A DNA stretch of 64,000 nt from Candidatus Magasanikbacteria bacterium CG10_big_fil_rev_8_21_14_0_10_36_32. GTDB lineage: Bacteria > Patescibacteriota > Patescibacteriia > Magasanikbacterales > GWA2-37-8. Shown piece after piece: positions 40,039 through 49,906 of this stretch (position 1 is its first letter; each line of letters begins with the position of its first letter). The translations under genes and the position numbers were made by a program. The stretch covers positions 239,766 to 303,765 of the forward strand of contig PFBV01000003.1 in NCBI GenBank assembly GCA_002778465.1. Reading direction: 5' to 3'. Under the pieces are notes generated by a model, which did no database searches, was not told the DNA's origin, and saw only the letters and a list, made by a program, of their open reading frames with translations.

Positions 40039-40713
40039 TTATTTTACCAATACTAATTGTTCAACTTTATTCTGATAGTAAACTTCCACTGTCAATCGTT
40101 TCACACCAAATTTTTTCGCTTCAATTTTAGTCGTATCCAACCAAATATCCATACGTCCATAACCGTAACGAGAATTCATCCGATCATCAACAGTAAAAAT
40201 TTTATCGCCATACAATTCCGGAATTTTTATCTTTGTGCCGAACGGCAACCAGTTGGCAGCCAACATTCCATCGTAAACATATTTTCCTGAAGCGGCGATA
40301 AAAGGAGAATCGTCGGTCTGATCAGGCGTGCTGGTATAAGCAGTCATCACTACTTCAACTACTTTATCCGGAAAAACTTTCGGTTCAGTTTTTAATTCCT
40401 GATAAAAAACTTTTTCTTCTTCTTTAAATGTGGTGGCGGACAAAATCTTCTTAGCCAAAACTCCTTGCCGCAAAGTTTTTTCAGCAGACAGTTTCTCTTG
40501 AACGCGAAAATAAGCGCTAAGATAAGAATTAGTCTGAATCATTTCTTTGTTTACAAAATATTGTTCAAAAACGTCGGATTGCGACTCCAAACCATTTTCA
40601 ACAGCCTTAACCTCTACGGGCTGACCTAAAACTGTAATCAAAATAGCTAAGGTCACTAAAGAATATAAAGATTTAGCAGTATCAGCCAAAAAATATTTAA
40701 TTTTGCTATTCAT
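40039..40713 (-). CDS. 3D-domain (MltA-like) cell-wall-binding protein
   Basis: C-terminal VMTAYTSTPDQTDDSPFIAASGKYV...DRMNSRYGYGRMDIWLDT 3D-domain signature; N-terminal signal anchor. Confidence 0.7.
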   Translation of the reverse strand: MNSKIKYFLADTAKSLYSLVTLAILITVLGQPVEVKAVENGLESQSDVFEQYFVNKEMIQTNSYLSAYFRVQEKLSAEKTLRQGVLAKKILSATTFKEEEKVFYQELKTEPKVFPDKVVEVVMTAYTSTPDQTDDSPFIAASGKYVYDGMLAANWLPFGTKIKIPELYGDKIFTVDDRMNSRYGYGRMDIWLDTTKIEAKKFGVKRLTVEVYYQNKVEQLVLVK

Positions 40714-41005
40714 AGTAATTTTAACTTACTTTACCGTCATATTTGGCTATATTTAGCCAAATCTATTCAATGGGACGGTAATAATTTAATTGTTCTAAAA
40801 AGCTATTTTTCATTCTTTAAGAACCAAACATTATATCACATTTTACCGGTTTTGTCAATACCTTTTGCCACTTTTTTAGCTAATTTAAGCCAAAATATAA
40901 CTAACATTTTATACTCTTTTAAAGACCCTTTGCCAATTTTAAAGTTTTCATATATAATAGCAACTGATTTATTAAGCTAAAAAGACTGTTTTTTTTCGCT
41001 TAACT

Positions 41006-43864
41006 ATGCCAATTAAAAGCCTAATCCCTCGACGTCAACGCCGAACTTACGGTGACATCAATCCAAATCGTCAACCAGAACGTCCCGTCAGTCGACCTCG
41101 ACCGCCAAAAAGAAAACCAATGCGAAAAATAGCGTTCTATCTTTTAATTTTGGGCGCGGTTGGTATTATTATTGGAACAATTTTAGTTGCCTGGGCCAGT
41201 CGTGATTTGCCTGATCCTGAAAAACTTTCAACTCGACAGGTGGCGCAAAGCACAAAAATATACGATCGAACCGGAACACATTTGCTTTATGAAGTTTATC
41301 AAAACCAAAAAAGAACCGTGGTGGAATTAGACCAAATTGCTCCATTGGCAATTAAAGCGACCATTGCCATTGAAGACAAACATTTCTATGAACATAGCGG
41401 CATCCGGCTAATCAGTATTTTTCGCGCCGGTTTTAATAATTTAATTGGACGGCAAACTGGTTCCGGTGGAGCTTCCACTTTAACTCAGCAACTTGTTAAA
41501 AATGCGGTTGTCGGCGATGAACATTCTTATTTCAGAAAAATAAAAGAAGCAATAATGTCCATGAGATTGGAAAGAAAATACAGCAAAGACCAAATTTTAA
41601 AAATGTATCTAAATGAAATTCCTTACGGTTCCACCAACTACGGCATTGAAGCGGCCAGTCAAAGTTATTTTAAAAAAAGCGCAAAAGATTTAACATTGGC
41701 AGAAGCCGCTACCATTGCCGCCCTACCACAGCAACCGAGTCGATTTTTAAATAATCTTGATTTGTTGAAAACTCGCCGCGACATTACTCTCAATTTAATG
41801 TTGGAACAAAATTATATTACCGAAGAAGAAAAAAATGAAGCGGAAAAAACTCCATTAGTAATTGAGGCTCGAGCGGGAATTATGGATGCGCCGCATTTTG
41901 TTCTTTATGTAAAACAATTGCTGGCGGATCGCTATGGAGAAAAAACCATTGATCAAAGCGGCTGGAAAGTAATTACCACTCTTGATTATGATAAACAAAA
42001 AATAGCTGAAACCGCGGTAAAAGAATTGGGAGATAAATTTGCTAAAGAAGCCAATGCTAATAATGCCGCTTTGGTGGCGATTGATCCAAAAACAGGACAG
42101 ATTTTATCAATGATTGGTTCACGTGATTATTTTAATGATGAAATTGCCGGACAATACAATGTCGCTGTACTCGGAAAACGACAACCGGGTTCATCTTTTA
42201 AACCTTTTGTTTATACAGCAGCTTTTGAACAGGGATATACACCTGAAACGGTGCTTTACGATGTAGAAACAAATTTTGAAATGCGCAGTGACGGCACAGC
42301 TTATGCGCCAAAAAATTATGACGGAAAAGAATACGGTCTGGTGACTATGCGCCAAGCTTTACAAGGTTCATTGAATATTCCAGCTGTTAAAACACTTTAC
42401 CTGGTTGGCGATGAAAAAATGAAAGAATATGCAAAAAAATTCGGTTATACAACTTTAACCGGCGATTATGGATTGAGCTTGGTTTTGGGCGGTGGCGAAG
42501 TTAATCTTTTGGAACACACTAATGCTTACGCCACTTTGGCTAATGAAGGAAAATATATTCCAAATTCTACAATTTTAAAAATTATAGATAATCAAGGAAC
42601 GACAATTTTTGAATGGCAAGAAATTCAACCGCAAGAAGCAATAAAACCAGAGTTAGCCGCTTTAACTTCAAGTGTTTTAAGCGATAATAAAGCGCGGGCT
42701 TTTATTTTCGGAATTAACAATACTTTGACTCTGCCAGATCGTCCGATAGCCGCCAAAACAGGAACCACAAACGATTATAAAGACGCTTGGACGATGGGCT
42801 ATGTTCCTTCTTTGGCAGCTGGTGTTTGGGTTGGAAACACGACACCATCACCAATGAAAGGTGGTGGTAATATGTTGGCCGGACAAATTTGGAATCGTTT
42901 TATGAAAGAATCGCTGGCAAACACTCCAATAGAAACCTTTCCTATTCCTCCGCCAAATATCGCCACTAAGCCGGTTTTACGTGGCGCAGTCGGCAGTATA
43001 AAATTAAAATTAAATAATCTTAACGGAAAAATCGCCACCACTTCCACACCGGAAAATTTAATCGTTGAAAAAGAATATTTACCGCCACACACTATTCTGC
43101 ATTATGTGATTAAAGATAATCCGATGGGACCGACACCAACAAATCCGGCTGACGATCAACAATATACCAATTGGGAAAATGCTTTAAATGAGTGGGTCGG
43201 ACGACAGCAACAAATAGGAAAAGGAATTACTTTTTCTGAACCACCAACAGAACTTGATGATTTTCAAACTTCTCCGGAATTAGCGCCAGTTGTAGAATTT
43301 CTTTATCCGACCGGAGATAAAATTTTAAATGACAGACAAATTGAAATCAGAGTTGAAGCCACTTCTCCTCGCGGAGTATCTGAAATTCATTACAAATTAG
43401 ACGGAAATCCAATTGGTTCAAGCCATGAATTTCCTTTTACAATTTCATACTACGCAAAATATCTACCCAAAGGAACACACACGCTGACAGCTGTGGCAAT
43501 TGATGATATTGGAAATTCAACCGCCAAAGAAATAGCTTTTGATTTACAAGCTGAATTTGATTCACCTGAATTTAATTGGTTTGATCAATCACCTCTTGCT
43601 ATTAAGTCTGAAGAATTTCCGAGAGCAATGAGTGTTACTCCGTTTCGTTGGAATGAAATTAAAGATATTAAAATTTATTTAATTTCCAGTAATGAAAATA
43701 AAAAATTAATTTATACTTTTGATCACAATGACCAATTAGTAATGGATAAAATAACTTTTGTCTGGAAGAATGCGCCAATCAAAGATTCATGGACTCTATC
43801 AGGAGTAATGACTGACGAAAATGGAAAACAAATAACTAAAAATCTGGAAATTATCATTGAATAA
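41006..43864 (+). CDS. Class A penicillin-binding protein 1A (glycosyltransferase plus transpeptidase)
   Basis: GT51 motifs (EDKHFYEHSG, RKxxE); transpeptidase SSFKP, SLN, KTGT; long C-terminal extension. Confidence 0.9.
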   Translation: MPIKSLIPRRQRRTYGDINPNRQPERPVSRPRPPKRKPMRKIAFYLLILGAVGIIIGTILVAWASRDLPDPEKLSTRQVAQSTKIYDRTGTHLLYEVYQNQKRTVVELDQIAPLAIKATIAIEDKHFYEHSGIRLISIFRAGFNNLIGRQTGSGGASTLTQQLVKNAVVGDEHSYFRKIKEAIMSMRLERKYSKDQILKMYLNEIPYGSTNYGIEAASQSYFKKSAKDLTLAEAATIAALPQQPSRFLNNLDLLKTRRDITLNLMLEQNYITEEEKNEAEKTPLVIEARAGIMDAPHFVLYVKQLLADRYGEKTIDQSGWKVITTLDYDKQKIAETAVKELGDKFAKEANANNAALVAIDPKTGQILSMIGSRDYFNDEIAGQYNVAVLGKRQPGSSFKPFVYTAAFEQGYTPETVLYDVETNFEMRSDGTAYAPKNYDGKEYGLVTMRQALQGSLNIPAVKTLYLVGDEKMKEYAKKFGYTTLTGDYGLSLVLGGGEVNLLEHTNAYATLANEGKYIPNSTILKIIDNQGTTIFEWQEIQPQEAIKPELAALTSSVLSDNKARAFIFGINNTLTLPDRPIAAKTGTTNDYKDAWTMGYVPSLAAGVWVGNTTPSPMKGGGNMLAGQIWNRFMKESLANTPIETFPIPPPNIATKPVLRGAVGSIKLKLNNLNGKIATTSTPENLIVEKEYLPPHTILHYVIKDNPMGPTPTNPADDQQYTNWENALNEWVGRQQQIGKGITFSEPPTELDDFQTSPELAPVVEFLYPTGDKILNDRQIEIRVEATSPRGVSEIHYKLDGNPIGSSHEFPFTISYYAKYLPKGTHTLTAVAIDDIGNSTAKEIAFDLQAEFDSPEFNWFDQSPLAIKSEEFPRAMSVTPFRWNEIKDIKIYLISSNENKKLIYTFDHNDQLVMDKITFVWKNAPIKDSWTLSGVMTDENGKQITKNLEIIIE

Positions 43865-43925
43865 AATTTAAAAAATCAAAAATACCCCTTGATACTACTC
43901 ATGGGGTATTTTTTATATTGCGAGG

Positions 43926-43954
43926 TTGACAAAACTTTAAAAATGTATTATAAA
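43926..43954 (+). promoter_or_regulatory. Consensus sigma70 promoter (TTGACAAAAC...TATAAA)
   Basis: TTGACA at 43926; extended -10 around 43949; drives CDS 44012. Confidence 0.6.
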
Positions 43955-44011
43955 TAATTCGCTCTTTAAAAAACCACAAAAAACCATTAAATTGGTTGGG
44001 GAGAAATAACA

Positions 44012-44380
44012 ATGAAAGAAACAAGAATCAAAAAAAATATCTTGACTCGTTCATTCGCCGACCTCCTCGCCATTTGCAAACAAACCAGCTGTCACAATAT
44101 AAACTTCAATGAAAAAAACTTTCCATTGGAACCAATAGATGACGGCGAAGATGAATGGGAAGTGTGTGAATTTCATTTTGATAAAAATATCAAAGAAACA
44201 TCCGCTTTAATAAAATTAACAAAAAACGGATATCGTTTATGCGGTCCACGTCGAGCGATGGAATTCATCGCCAATAATCCAAACATTCAATTTAATCATC
44301 CGTTGATTCTCACTACTTGTTGGAAAAGAAAAACAACCAATTCATGGTCTTATACCAATATTCAGCCAACTCTACGGTAA
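44012..44380 (+). CDS. Hypothetical protein (122 aa)
   Basis: GGGGAGA SD; followed by a 130-nt GC-rich 3' region and a UUCG-loop terminator at 44478-44512. Confidence 0.5.
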   Translation: MKETRIKKNILTRSFADLLAICKQTSCHNINFNEKNFPLEPIDDGEDEWEVCEFHFDKNIKETSALIKLTKNGYRLCGPRRAMEFIANNPNIQFNHPLILTTCWKRKTTNSWSYTNIQPTLR

Positions 44381-44477
44381 GCGTCTTATAAGCCTCTGTA
44401 GTCTCGACAGTAAAGACTTTACCCCAAGCTTCGGCTGGTTGGTACTCCGCAAGAAATAATCAATCTAATTCGCTCTT

Positions 44478-44512
44478 TTTAAACTCCACCCCGACTTCGG
44501 TCGGGGTTTTTA
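44478..44512 (+). terminator. Intrinsic terminator with UUCG tetraloop
   Basis: CCCCGAC-ttcg-GTCGGGG followed by TTTTTATTTT. Confidence 0.75.
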
Positions 44513-44580
44513 TTTTGAAAACATAAAAATTATAATAATTATTTTTATTAAAAATAGCTAAAGTTAGCTAAATTAAGGTA

Positions 44581-44609
44581 TTGACAAAAGCCTTAAAATA
44601 TGATATAAT
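44581..44609 (+). promoter_or_regulatory. Consensus sigma70 promoter (TTGACAAAAG...TGATATAAT)
   Basis: -35 at 44581, extended -10 at 44601-44609. Confidence 0.6.
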
Positions 44610-44665
44610 ACTCTGTTCTTTTAAAACACAACAAACTCCAACCATAATGGTTGATGGAGGATAAA

Positions 44666-45295
44666 ATGGAAAAGAAAAACAGAAGAATGGCCACGATTTT
44701 CATGACTTGCATCACTGTCGCGATACTGTCGGGTCTGTCCTGTGTCTGGGTGTGGCTCCTGAGCGACCACCACGCCCCCGTCAGCCGCCTTGTGGCGACG
44801 GTTTCCGCCGAACAGCGGAATGATGCCATCCGCGAGCAATCACGGGCGATTGCCGCCCGGAAGACATTCCGGGCAATGGCTAAGGCAATGGCCGAACAAC
44901 AGGCCGTTGTTTCTTCCGGCGCCAAGAACATGGACATGTTGTTCTTCAAAACTGAAAAAGATCCTCAATTGGAACAAATCTTTCTGAACCGTCTCAATCA
45001 GATGGTCAACAGCGAAAATGTTTCACTCAGCACATGGATAGACCTTTTTCAGTCAACACAGAACAAAGACAGCTACGTCGGCCGGACAACATTTGAAACC
45101 GCGATGGACGAGATTACACGCATCGTGGAGGAAGATGAAAAATCTTTCCGGGCAATGACCTTCGACGAATGGAACACAATTTACATTACCGCTCCGAAAG
45201 ACAGCGAATTGGAAAAATTTTCCATCGTTCAAATGCGCGAGACCGTGGAAACACCTGACGATATCTGGCTCTATCAGCACTACTCTAACAGTTGA
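44666..45295 (+). CDS. Hypothetical membrane-anchored protein, strongly GC-shifted
   Basis: GGAGGA SD before ATG 44666; N-terminal TM; positions 44700-44950 are far more GC-rich than the genome background; terminator 45312-45345. Confidence 0.55.
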   Translation: MEKKNRRMATIFMTCITVAILSGLSCVWVWLLSDHHAPVSRLVATVSAEQRNDAIREQSRAIAARKTFRAMAKAMAEQQAVVSSGAKNMDMLFFKTEKDPQLEQIFLNRLNQMVNSENVSLSTWIDLFQSTQNKDSYVGRTTFETAMDEITRIVEEDEKSFRAMTFDEWNTIYITAPKDSELEKFSIVQMRETVETPDDIWLYQHYSNS

Positions 45296-45356
45296 TTGTT
45301 TCGCTCTTTAAACTTAAAACCCCGGCCGAAGCCGGGGTTTTTTATTTAATAAATAT

Positions 45357-46469
45357 TTATTTTCTAATTGGCATTACAATGTATAAATATTTAGCATCAT
45401 CTTTTGATGATATTATGCACGGACTATTTCCATTAATCATTTGTAAAATTCCAGTATCACCATCAAGATTATTTAATCCGTCTAATATATATCTAAAATT
45501 CATTAAAATAGAATTATTTTCTCCTTTAATATTCGCTTCCGCTTCTGAATTATATTCACCTGTTTGGGTAGACATTGAAGAAATTTTAATTATTGATTTA
45601 TCATTTTCCAAATCAAAATTAATTCCATTAACTCCACTAGTTGAAAACAAACTAGCCGCTTTTATTTCTTTTATTATTTTTGATAAAGAAAATTCGGCTG
45701 TCGTTTTAAAATCTTTTGGAATAATTTGCACATAATCAGGATATTGCCCTTCAACCAATCTTGATATTAATTGGACACTGTCATAATTAATAACAATTTG
45801 ATTTTCACTTAATAAAATTCTGACATTTTTTTCATTTTCCAAAGTATTAAACGATAAAATATGATTTATTTCTTGCGCGGTTCTTCCAGGAACAATTATT
45901 TTAATTTTTTCTTTTCCCTGGCTTAATTTTATTTTTTTCTCTGCTAAACGATAACTATCAGTTGCAGCCATTATTAATTCATTTTCATCAAAATTAAATG
46001 ATATTCCTGATAATTCAGGGCGAATATCATTTTTGGCTACAGCCGGTAAAACTTGACTTAATCCTTTTTTAAATTCAGCTGTTTCAACTAAAAATCCATT
46101 ATTTCCATCGGCTGCAGGAATAATAGGAAATTCATCAGCCGGGGATCCTTTAATTTTAGTAGCTGAATGTCCACAAGTAATTTGCATCTCATTATCTTTA
46201 AGTTCCAATTCAATCTTTTCATCAGGTAACAGATTAATAAAGTCAGTTAAAGTTCTAGCTGGAACAGTAAAGCTTCCGGGTTTTTCTACGATTGATCTAA
46301 TATTAACAATAATAGCTAATTCAAGGTTGGTTGATATTATCTCTACTTTTTGAGAATCAGCTTTAATTAAGACATTGTTTAAAATAGGTAAATTTATATT
46401 TTTAGTTGCCACTCCGCTTACTAATGATAGAGCAGAAGCAAGATTTTCTTTAGTACAAGTTATTTTCAT
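45357..46469 (-). CDS. dnaN: DNA polymerase III beta subunit (sliding clamp)
   Basis: 370 aa; three-domain clamp pattern; adjacent to dnaA. Confidence 0.9.
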   Translation of the reverse strand: MKITCTKENLASALSLVSGVATKNINLPILNNVLIKADSQKVEIISTNLELAIIVNIRSIVEKPGSFTVPARTLTDFINLLPDEKIELELKDNEMQITCGHSATKIKGSPADEFPIIPAADGNNGFLVETAEFKKGLSQVLPAVAKNDIRPELSGISFNFDENELIMAATDSYRLAEKKIKLSQGKEKIKIIVPGRTAQEINHILSFNTLENEKNVRILLSENQIVINYDSVQLISRLVEGQYPDYVQIIPKDFKTTAEFSLSKIIKEIKAASLFSTSGVNGINFDLENDKSIIKISSMSTQTGEYNSEAEANIKGENNSILMNFRYILDGLNNLDGDTGILQMINGNSPCIISSKDDAKYLYIVMPIRK

Positions 46470-46755
46470 AAAATTAAGTTATTAACTTTTTTTATTTGTT
46501 TTATTTATATTTTTTTATATATATTTAAATAATAGTAATAATAAGGGAGTGGATAGTGGGGATAAAAAATAAAAAGTTATATTTAATGGTTCTTTTAATT
46601 AATTTATAAAGTGTATAACCGGTGAAGAGAAAGTAATAAAACAGTGGATAAAATTTTATTAGTATTTTTAAAAAGTGAATAACTTTATTTTTGTGGACAA
46701 ACTGTCAACAGAAAAGTTTATTTTTTTAACCACTTATTCACAATTTAAAAGCAGT
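46470..46755. other. Putative chromosomal replication origin (oriC): AT-rich unwinding element plus DnaA-box cluster
   Basis: 8/9 DnaA boxes at 46557, 46644, 46692 and 46734, a 7/9 box at 46674, and an AT-rich tract 46470-46545, all between dnaN and dnaA. Confidence 0.7.
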
Positions 46756-48138
46756 TTAAATATTATTTATATAAAGTCTTTGTTTAATAGATTCAATTTC
46801 TTGTTTTAACTTGAGATTATTTTCTACTTCTTTATTAATTTTTTCATAAGCGTGCATAGCGGTGGTATGATCACGTCCGCCAAGTTCGTCTCCAATTGAT
46901 GGATAGGACATTTTTAATTCTTCTCTCATTAAAAACATAATGATTTGTCGCGGGTACGAAATTTTCTTTTCTCGGCTTTGACTAAGAAGATTTTCGTTTG
47001 AAATATTATAATATTGTCCGACAGCATCAATAAGTTGTTTCGAGGTTAGAGATTGTCTCATAGAAGTAGTTTCCACGCTGGAAAGGAGAGATTTAACTGA
47101 TTCAACTGAAGGAGTAATATTTTTAAGCTGATGATAAACAATAATTTTATTTAAAAATCCTTCAAGTTCACGGATGTTTGATTGAATTGAAGCTGCAATG
47201 GTTTGTAAAATTTTAGTTGGTAATTCAAAATGCTTTTCATTGCATTTTTTCTCTAAAATAGCCACTCTTGTTTCAAAATCAGGCATAGTAATATCCGCAA
47301 TCATTCCCCATTCAAAACGTGATTTTAAGCGGTCTTCTAAGGCCGGAATAGCTTTTGGCGGTCTATCCGAGGTTAGAATTACTTGTTTGTTTTGTTGATG
47401 TAATTCATTGAATGTATGAAAGAAAGATTCTTGAGTTTCACCTTTTCCGGCGATAAATTGAATATCGTCAATTAATAATAAATCTGTTTGCCGATAACGA
47501 TTTTGAAATTCTTTTGTTGTTTTTTCTTTTACAGATTGAATAAAATCATTGCAAAATTTTTCAGCATTAACATAGATAATATCAATTTGTGGATTTTTTT
47601 TTCGCATTTCATTTCCGATAGCTTGCAGAAGATGGGTTTTTCCCAAACCTACCCCGCCATATATAAATAATGGATTATAAGCTTCACCTGGTCGTGAAGC
47701 AACCGCTTGAGCGGCGGCAAAAGCCAATTCTGCCCCTTTACCAACAACAAAACTTTCAAAGGTATATTTTTGATTTAAAGTAAATCCATTGCTTGAAGCT
47801 CCATTTGTTCTGACAGAGAAATCATTAGTTTGATTTTGAGGAAATTCTAAAGTGTTATTTTCTTCTTCCTCTTGAGTTGTTAAGTTTTTTATATTATTTA
47901 TTTTATACTCCAGCTTTTTTATTGGTTTTTCGGTTATTCTCTCTAAAGAGAGAATAATTATTTGGTGATATTTTTTTTCTAACCATGCACGAGCGAAGGT
48001 GTTTGGGACACACAAAATAACATAACCGTCTTGTATAGAGACAATTCCAGTATTTTTAAACCAAGTGATAAAATTAGCTTTAGAAATTGTTAATTCTAAT
48101 TCTGACAAAACAGCCTGCCAAAGTTCATTGTTATTCAT
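46756..48138 (-). CDS. dnaA: Chromosomal replication initiator DnaA
   Basis: AAA+ Walker A GGVGLGKTHL; C-terminal DNA-binding domain; start MNNNELWQ at 48138 (alternative 48162). Confidence 0.95.
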   Translation of the reverse strand: MNNNELWQAVLSELELTISKANFITWFKNTGIVSIQDGYVILCVPNTFARAWLEKKYHQIIILSLERITEKPIKKLEYKINNIKNLTTQEEEENNTLEFPQNQTNDFSVRTNGASSNGFTLNQKYTFESFVVGKGAELAFAAAQAVASRPGEAYNPLFIYGGVGLGKTHLLQAIGNEMRKKNPQIDIIYVNAEKFCNDFIQSVKEKTTKEFQNRYRQTDLLLIDDIQFIAGKGETQESFFHTFNELHQQNKQVILTSDRPPKAIPALEDRLKSRFEWGMIADITMPDFETRVAILEKKCNEKHFELPTKILQTIAASIQSNIRELEGFLNKIIVYHQLKNITPSVESVKSLLSSVETTSMRQSLTSKQLIDAVGQYYNISNENLLSQSREKKISYPRQIIMFLMREELKMSYPSIGDELGGRDHTTAMHAYEKINKEVENNLKLKQEIESIKQRLYINNI

Positions 48139-48226
48139 AATGTGATACAGTATTAAAATCATTATTTAACTCCGTTTATTTTAGCAGTAATGAAAGTAAA
48201 ATAAAAGTTTGTTTTTGTGAAGATTT

Positions 48227-48246
48227 TGTGGACAAAATGTGGATGA
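48227..48246. promoter_or_regulatory. DnaA boxes in the dnaA-rpmH intergenic region
   Basis: TGTGGACAA (48227) and TGTGGATGA (48238), each 8/9 to consensus; overlaps the divergent dnaA and rpmH promoters. Confidence 0.6.
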
Positions 48247-48259
48247 AAGGGAGTAGAAC

Positions 48260-48288
48260 TTGACTTTATTTTTATTTTGTTTTATGAT
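48260..48288 (+). promoter_or_regulatory. rpmH promoter
   Basis: TTGACT at 48260, 17-nt spacer, TATGAT at 48283. Confidence 0.55.
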
Positions 48289-48322
48289 ATAGCAATTATA
48301 AGAGTATTTATTAATTTAAAAT

Positions 48323-48499
48323 ATGCCAAAGAGAACATATCAACCAAAGAAAAGAAAAAGAGCAAAATCGCATGGATTTAGAAAGAGAATGTCTACTAAG
48401 GCCGGTCGCGAAGTTTTAAAACGCAGACGCGCCAAAGGACGCAAAAAATTGACAGTTTCTAATGAAAGAAAGGGAAAAAGAACAAGAAAAACAAGATAG
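48323..48499 (+). CDS. rpmH: 50S ribosomal protein L34 (with C-terminal extension)
   Basis: [23 protein letters not shown]...[11 protein letters not shown]; below the ORF-track length cutoff; terminator 48548-48585. Confidence 0.85.
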   Translation: MPKRTYQPKKRKRAKSHGFRKRMSTKAGREVLKRRRAKGRKKLTVSNERKGKRTRKTR

Positions 48500-48627
48500 A
48501 GAATATCACTCTATAGTTATTTGTTGATTTGAAAAATCAAAAAAATAATAAAAATCCGCTCAAAATCAGAGCGGGTTTTGATTTTTTATAAAAGATTGTT
48601 ATAATTACTTTAATATATTTTAAAAAT

Positions 48628-49020
48628 ATGTTGAAATTAGATAATAGATTGACGAAAGTTAGAGATTTTAATTTGGTAATGAAGTATGGACATTGGATAA
48701 ATGGTATTTTTTTAGATATGAAAGTTTTAGAATTGTCTAAAAATGAAAGTTATTTTCCCAAAAAAGAGGATGTAGAAAATTTTAAAAAACAGTTTAGATT
48801 AGCCATAAATATTAGTTTGAAAGTCAGCAAAAAAGCCGTTTTAAGAAATAAATTACGTCGGCAGATTAGTGAAGTAATTAGATTATTAATAAAGGAAAAT
48901 TTGATTAAGGTTGGTTTCTATGTTTTAATAGTAGCCAAGAAAGACATTTTAAAAAAAGATTATACTGAAATTGATAAAGAAGTTAATTTTTTGCTTAGTA
49001 AAGCCAAATTGTTAAAGTAG
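48628..49020 (+). CDS. rnpA: Ribonuclease P protein component
   Basis: RNKLRRQISE RNR-like motif; position right after rpmH. Confidence 0.8.
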   Translation: MLKLDNRLTKVRDFNLVMKYGHWINGIFLDMKVLELSKNESYFPKKEDVENFKKQFRLAINISLKVSKKAVLRNKLRRQISEVIRLLIKENLIKVGFYVLIVAKKDILKKDYTEIDKEVNFLLSKAKLLK

Positions 49021-49107
49021 AAAAATACGCCCTTTTTATTTATGAGACAAAAACGGTGTTTTTTTGTAGTAAAAAACAGATAGGAAGATTGGTCAAGGAG
49101 ACAAGAG

Positions 49108-49404
49108 TTGAAAAAGAAAAAGGCAAAAGTAAGAGCAAATAGGTTTATAAAGCATTGGAAATGTGGCATTTTATTTTGTTCACACCGCAGTCACAAGAAA
49201 GGCGTTTGTCCAAAATGCCTTGAATTCAAGAAATTGACTCGCCACCATTGTTTGCCCAAACGTTTTTTTAATGGCCAGGGAAAAATTTTGCTTATTTGCC
49301 GCGATTGTCATGATAATTTGGAACTTTTGATTCCATTAAAGAAAAAGCTGATTGAGCGCGAATATTACGATATTGTAGACCGTTTTCTCTCGGATCCTTA
49401 CTAA
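49108..49404 (+). CDS. HNH endonuclease, YajD-like
   Basis: LTRHHCLPKR ... ILLICRDCHDNLE matches the YajD-type HNH pattern; TTG start uncertain. Confidence 0.5.
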   Translation: MKKKKAKVRANRFIKHWKCGILFCSHRSHKKGVCPKCLEFKKLTRHHCLPKRFFNGQGKILLICRDCHDNLELLIPLKKKLIEREYYDIVDRFLSDPY

Positions 49405-49524
49405 CAGAAGTGTATTTTGTTAGTTTTACGGGGAGGCGAAAACGCCTCCCTTTTTATAAAAATAATTTTTATATTACACAGAAATTATAAAAATCATATT
49501 CTCTATTTGTAGTTAGATATTTTT

Positions 49525-49794
49525 ATGAGTTTAAAGAATATTATTAATGCTATTTTATATTTACCACGCCTACCATTTTTGTTTTTGATACGTTTATATC
49601 AAAAAACATTTTCTCCAGACCACGGTTTTACAAAAACTATATTTCCCCATGGTTATTGCAAGTTTCACCCATCTTGTTCAGAGTATGGTTATCAAGCAAT
49701 ACATAAATATGGGATTTTAGTTGGTTTTTTAAAAACCGGTTGGAGAATTTTAAGATGCAATCCTTGGAGTAAAGGTGGAATTGATTTACCGTAA
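49525..49794 (+). CDS. yidD: Membrane protein insertion efficiency factor YidD
   Basis: YQKTFSP...[19 protein letters not shown] signature. Confidence 0.85.
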   Translation: MSLKNIINAILYLPRLPFLFLIRLYQKTFSPDHGFTKTIFPHGYCKFHPSCSEYGYQAIHKYGILVGFLKTGWRILRCNPWSKGGIDLP

Positions 49795-49906
49795 TTGTTG
49801 ACTTGTTTACACTATTAACATAATATAGAGAAGGAGGGGCGTTTTGCTCTTTTTTGTTCTTTAAAATTAAACCCGATTAAAAACGGACCAACAAAGGATA
49901 AAAATA

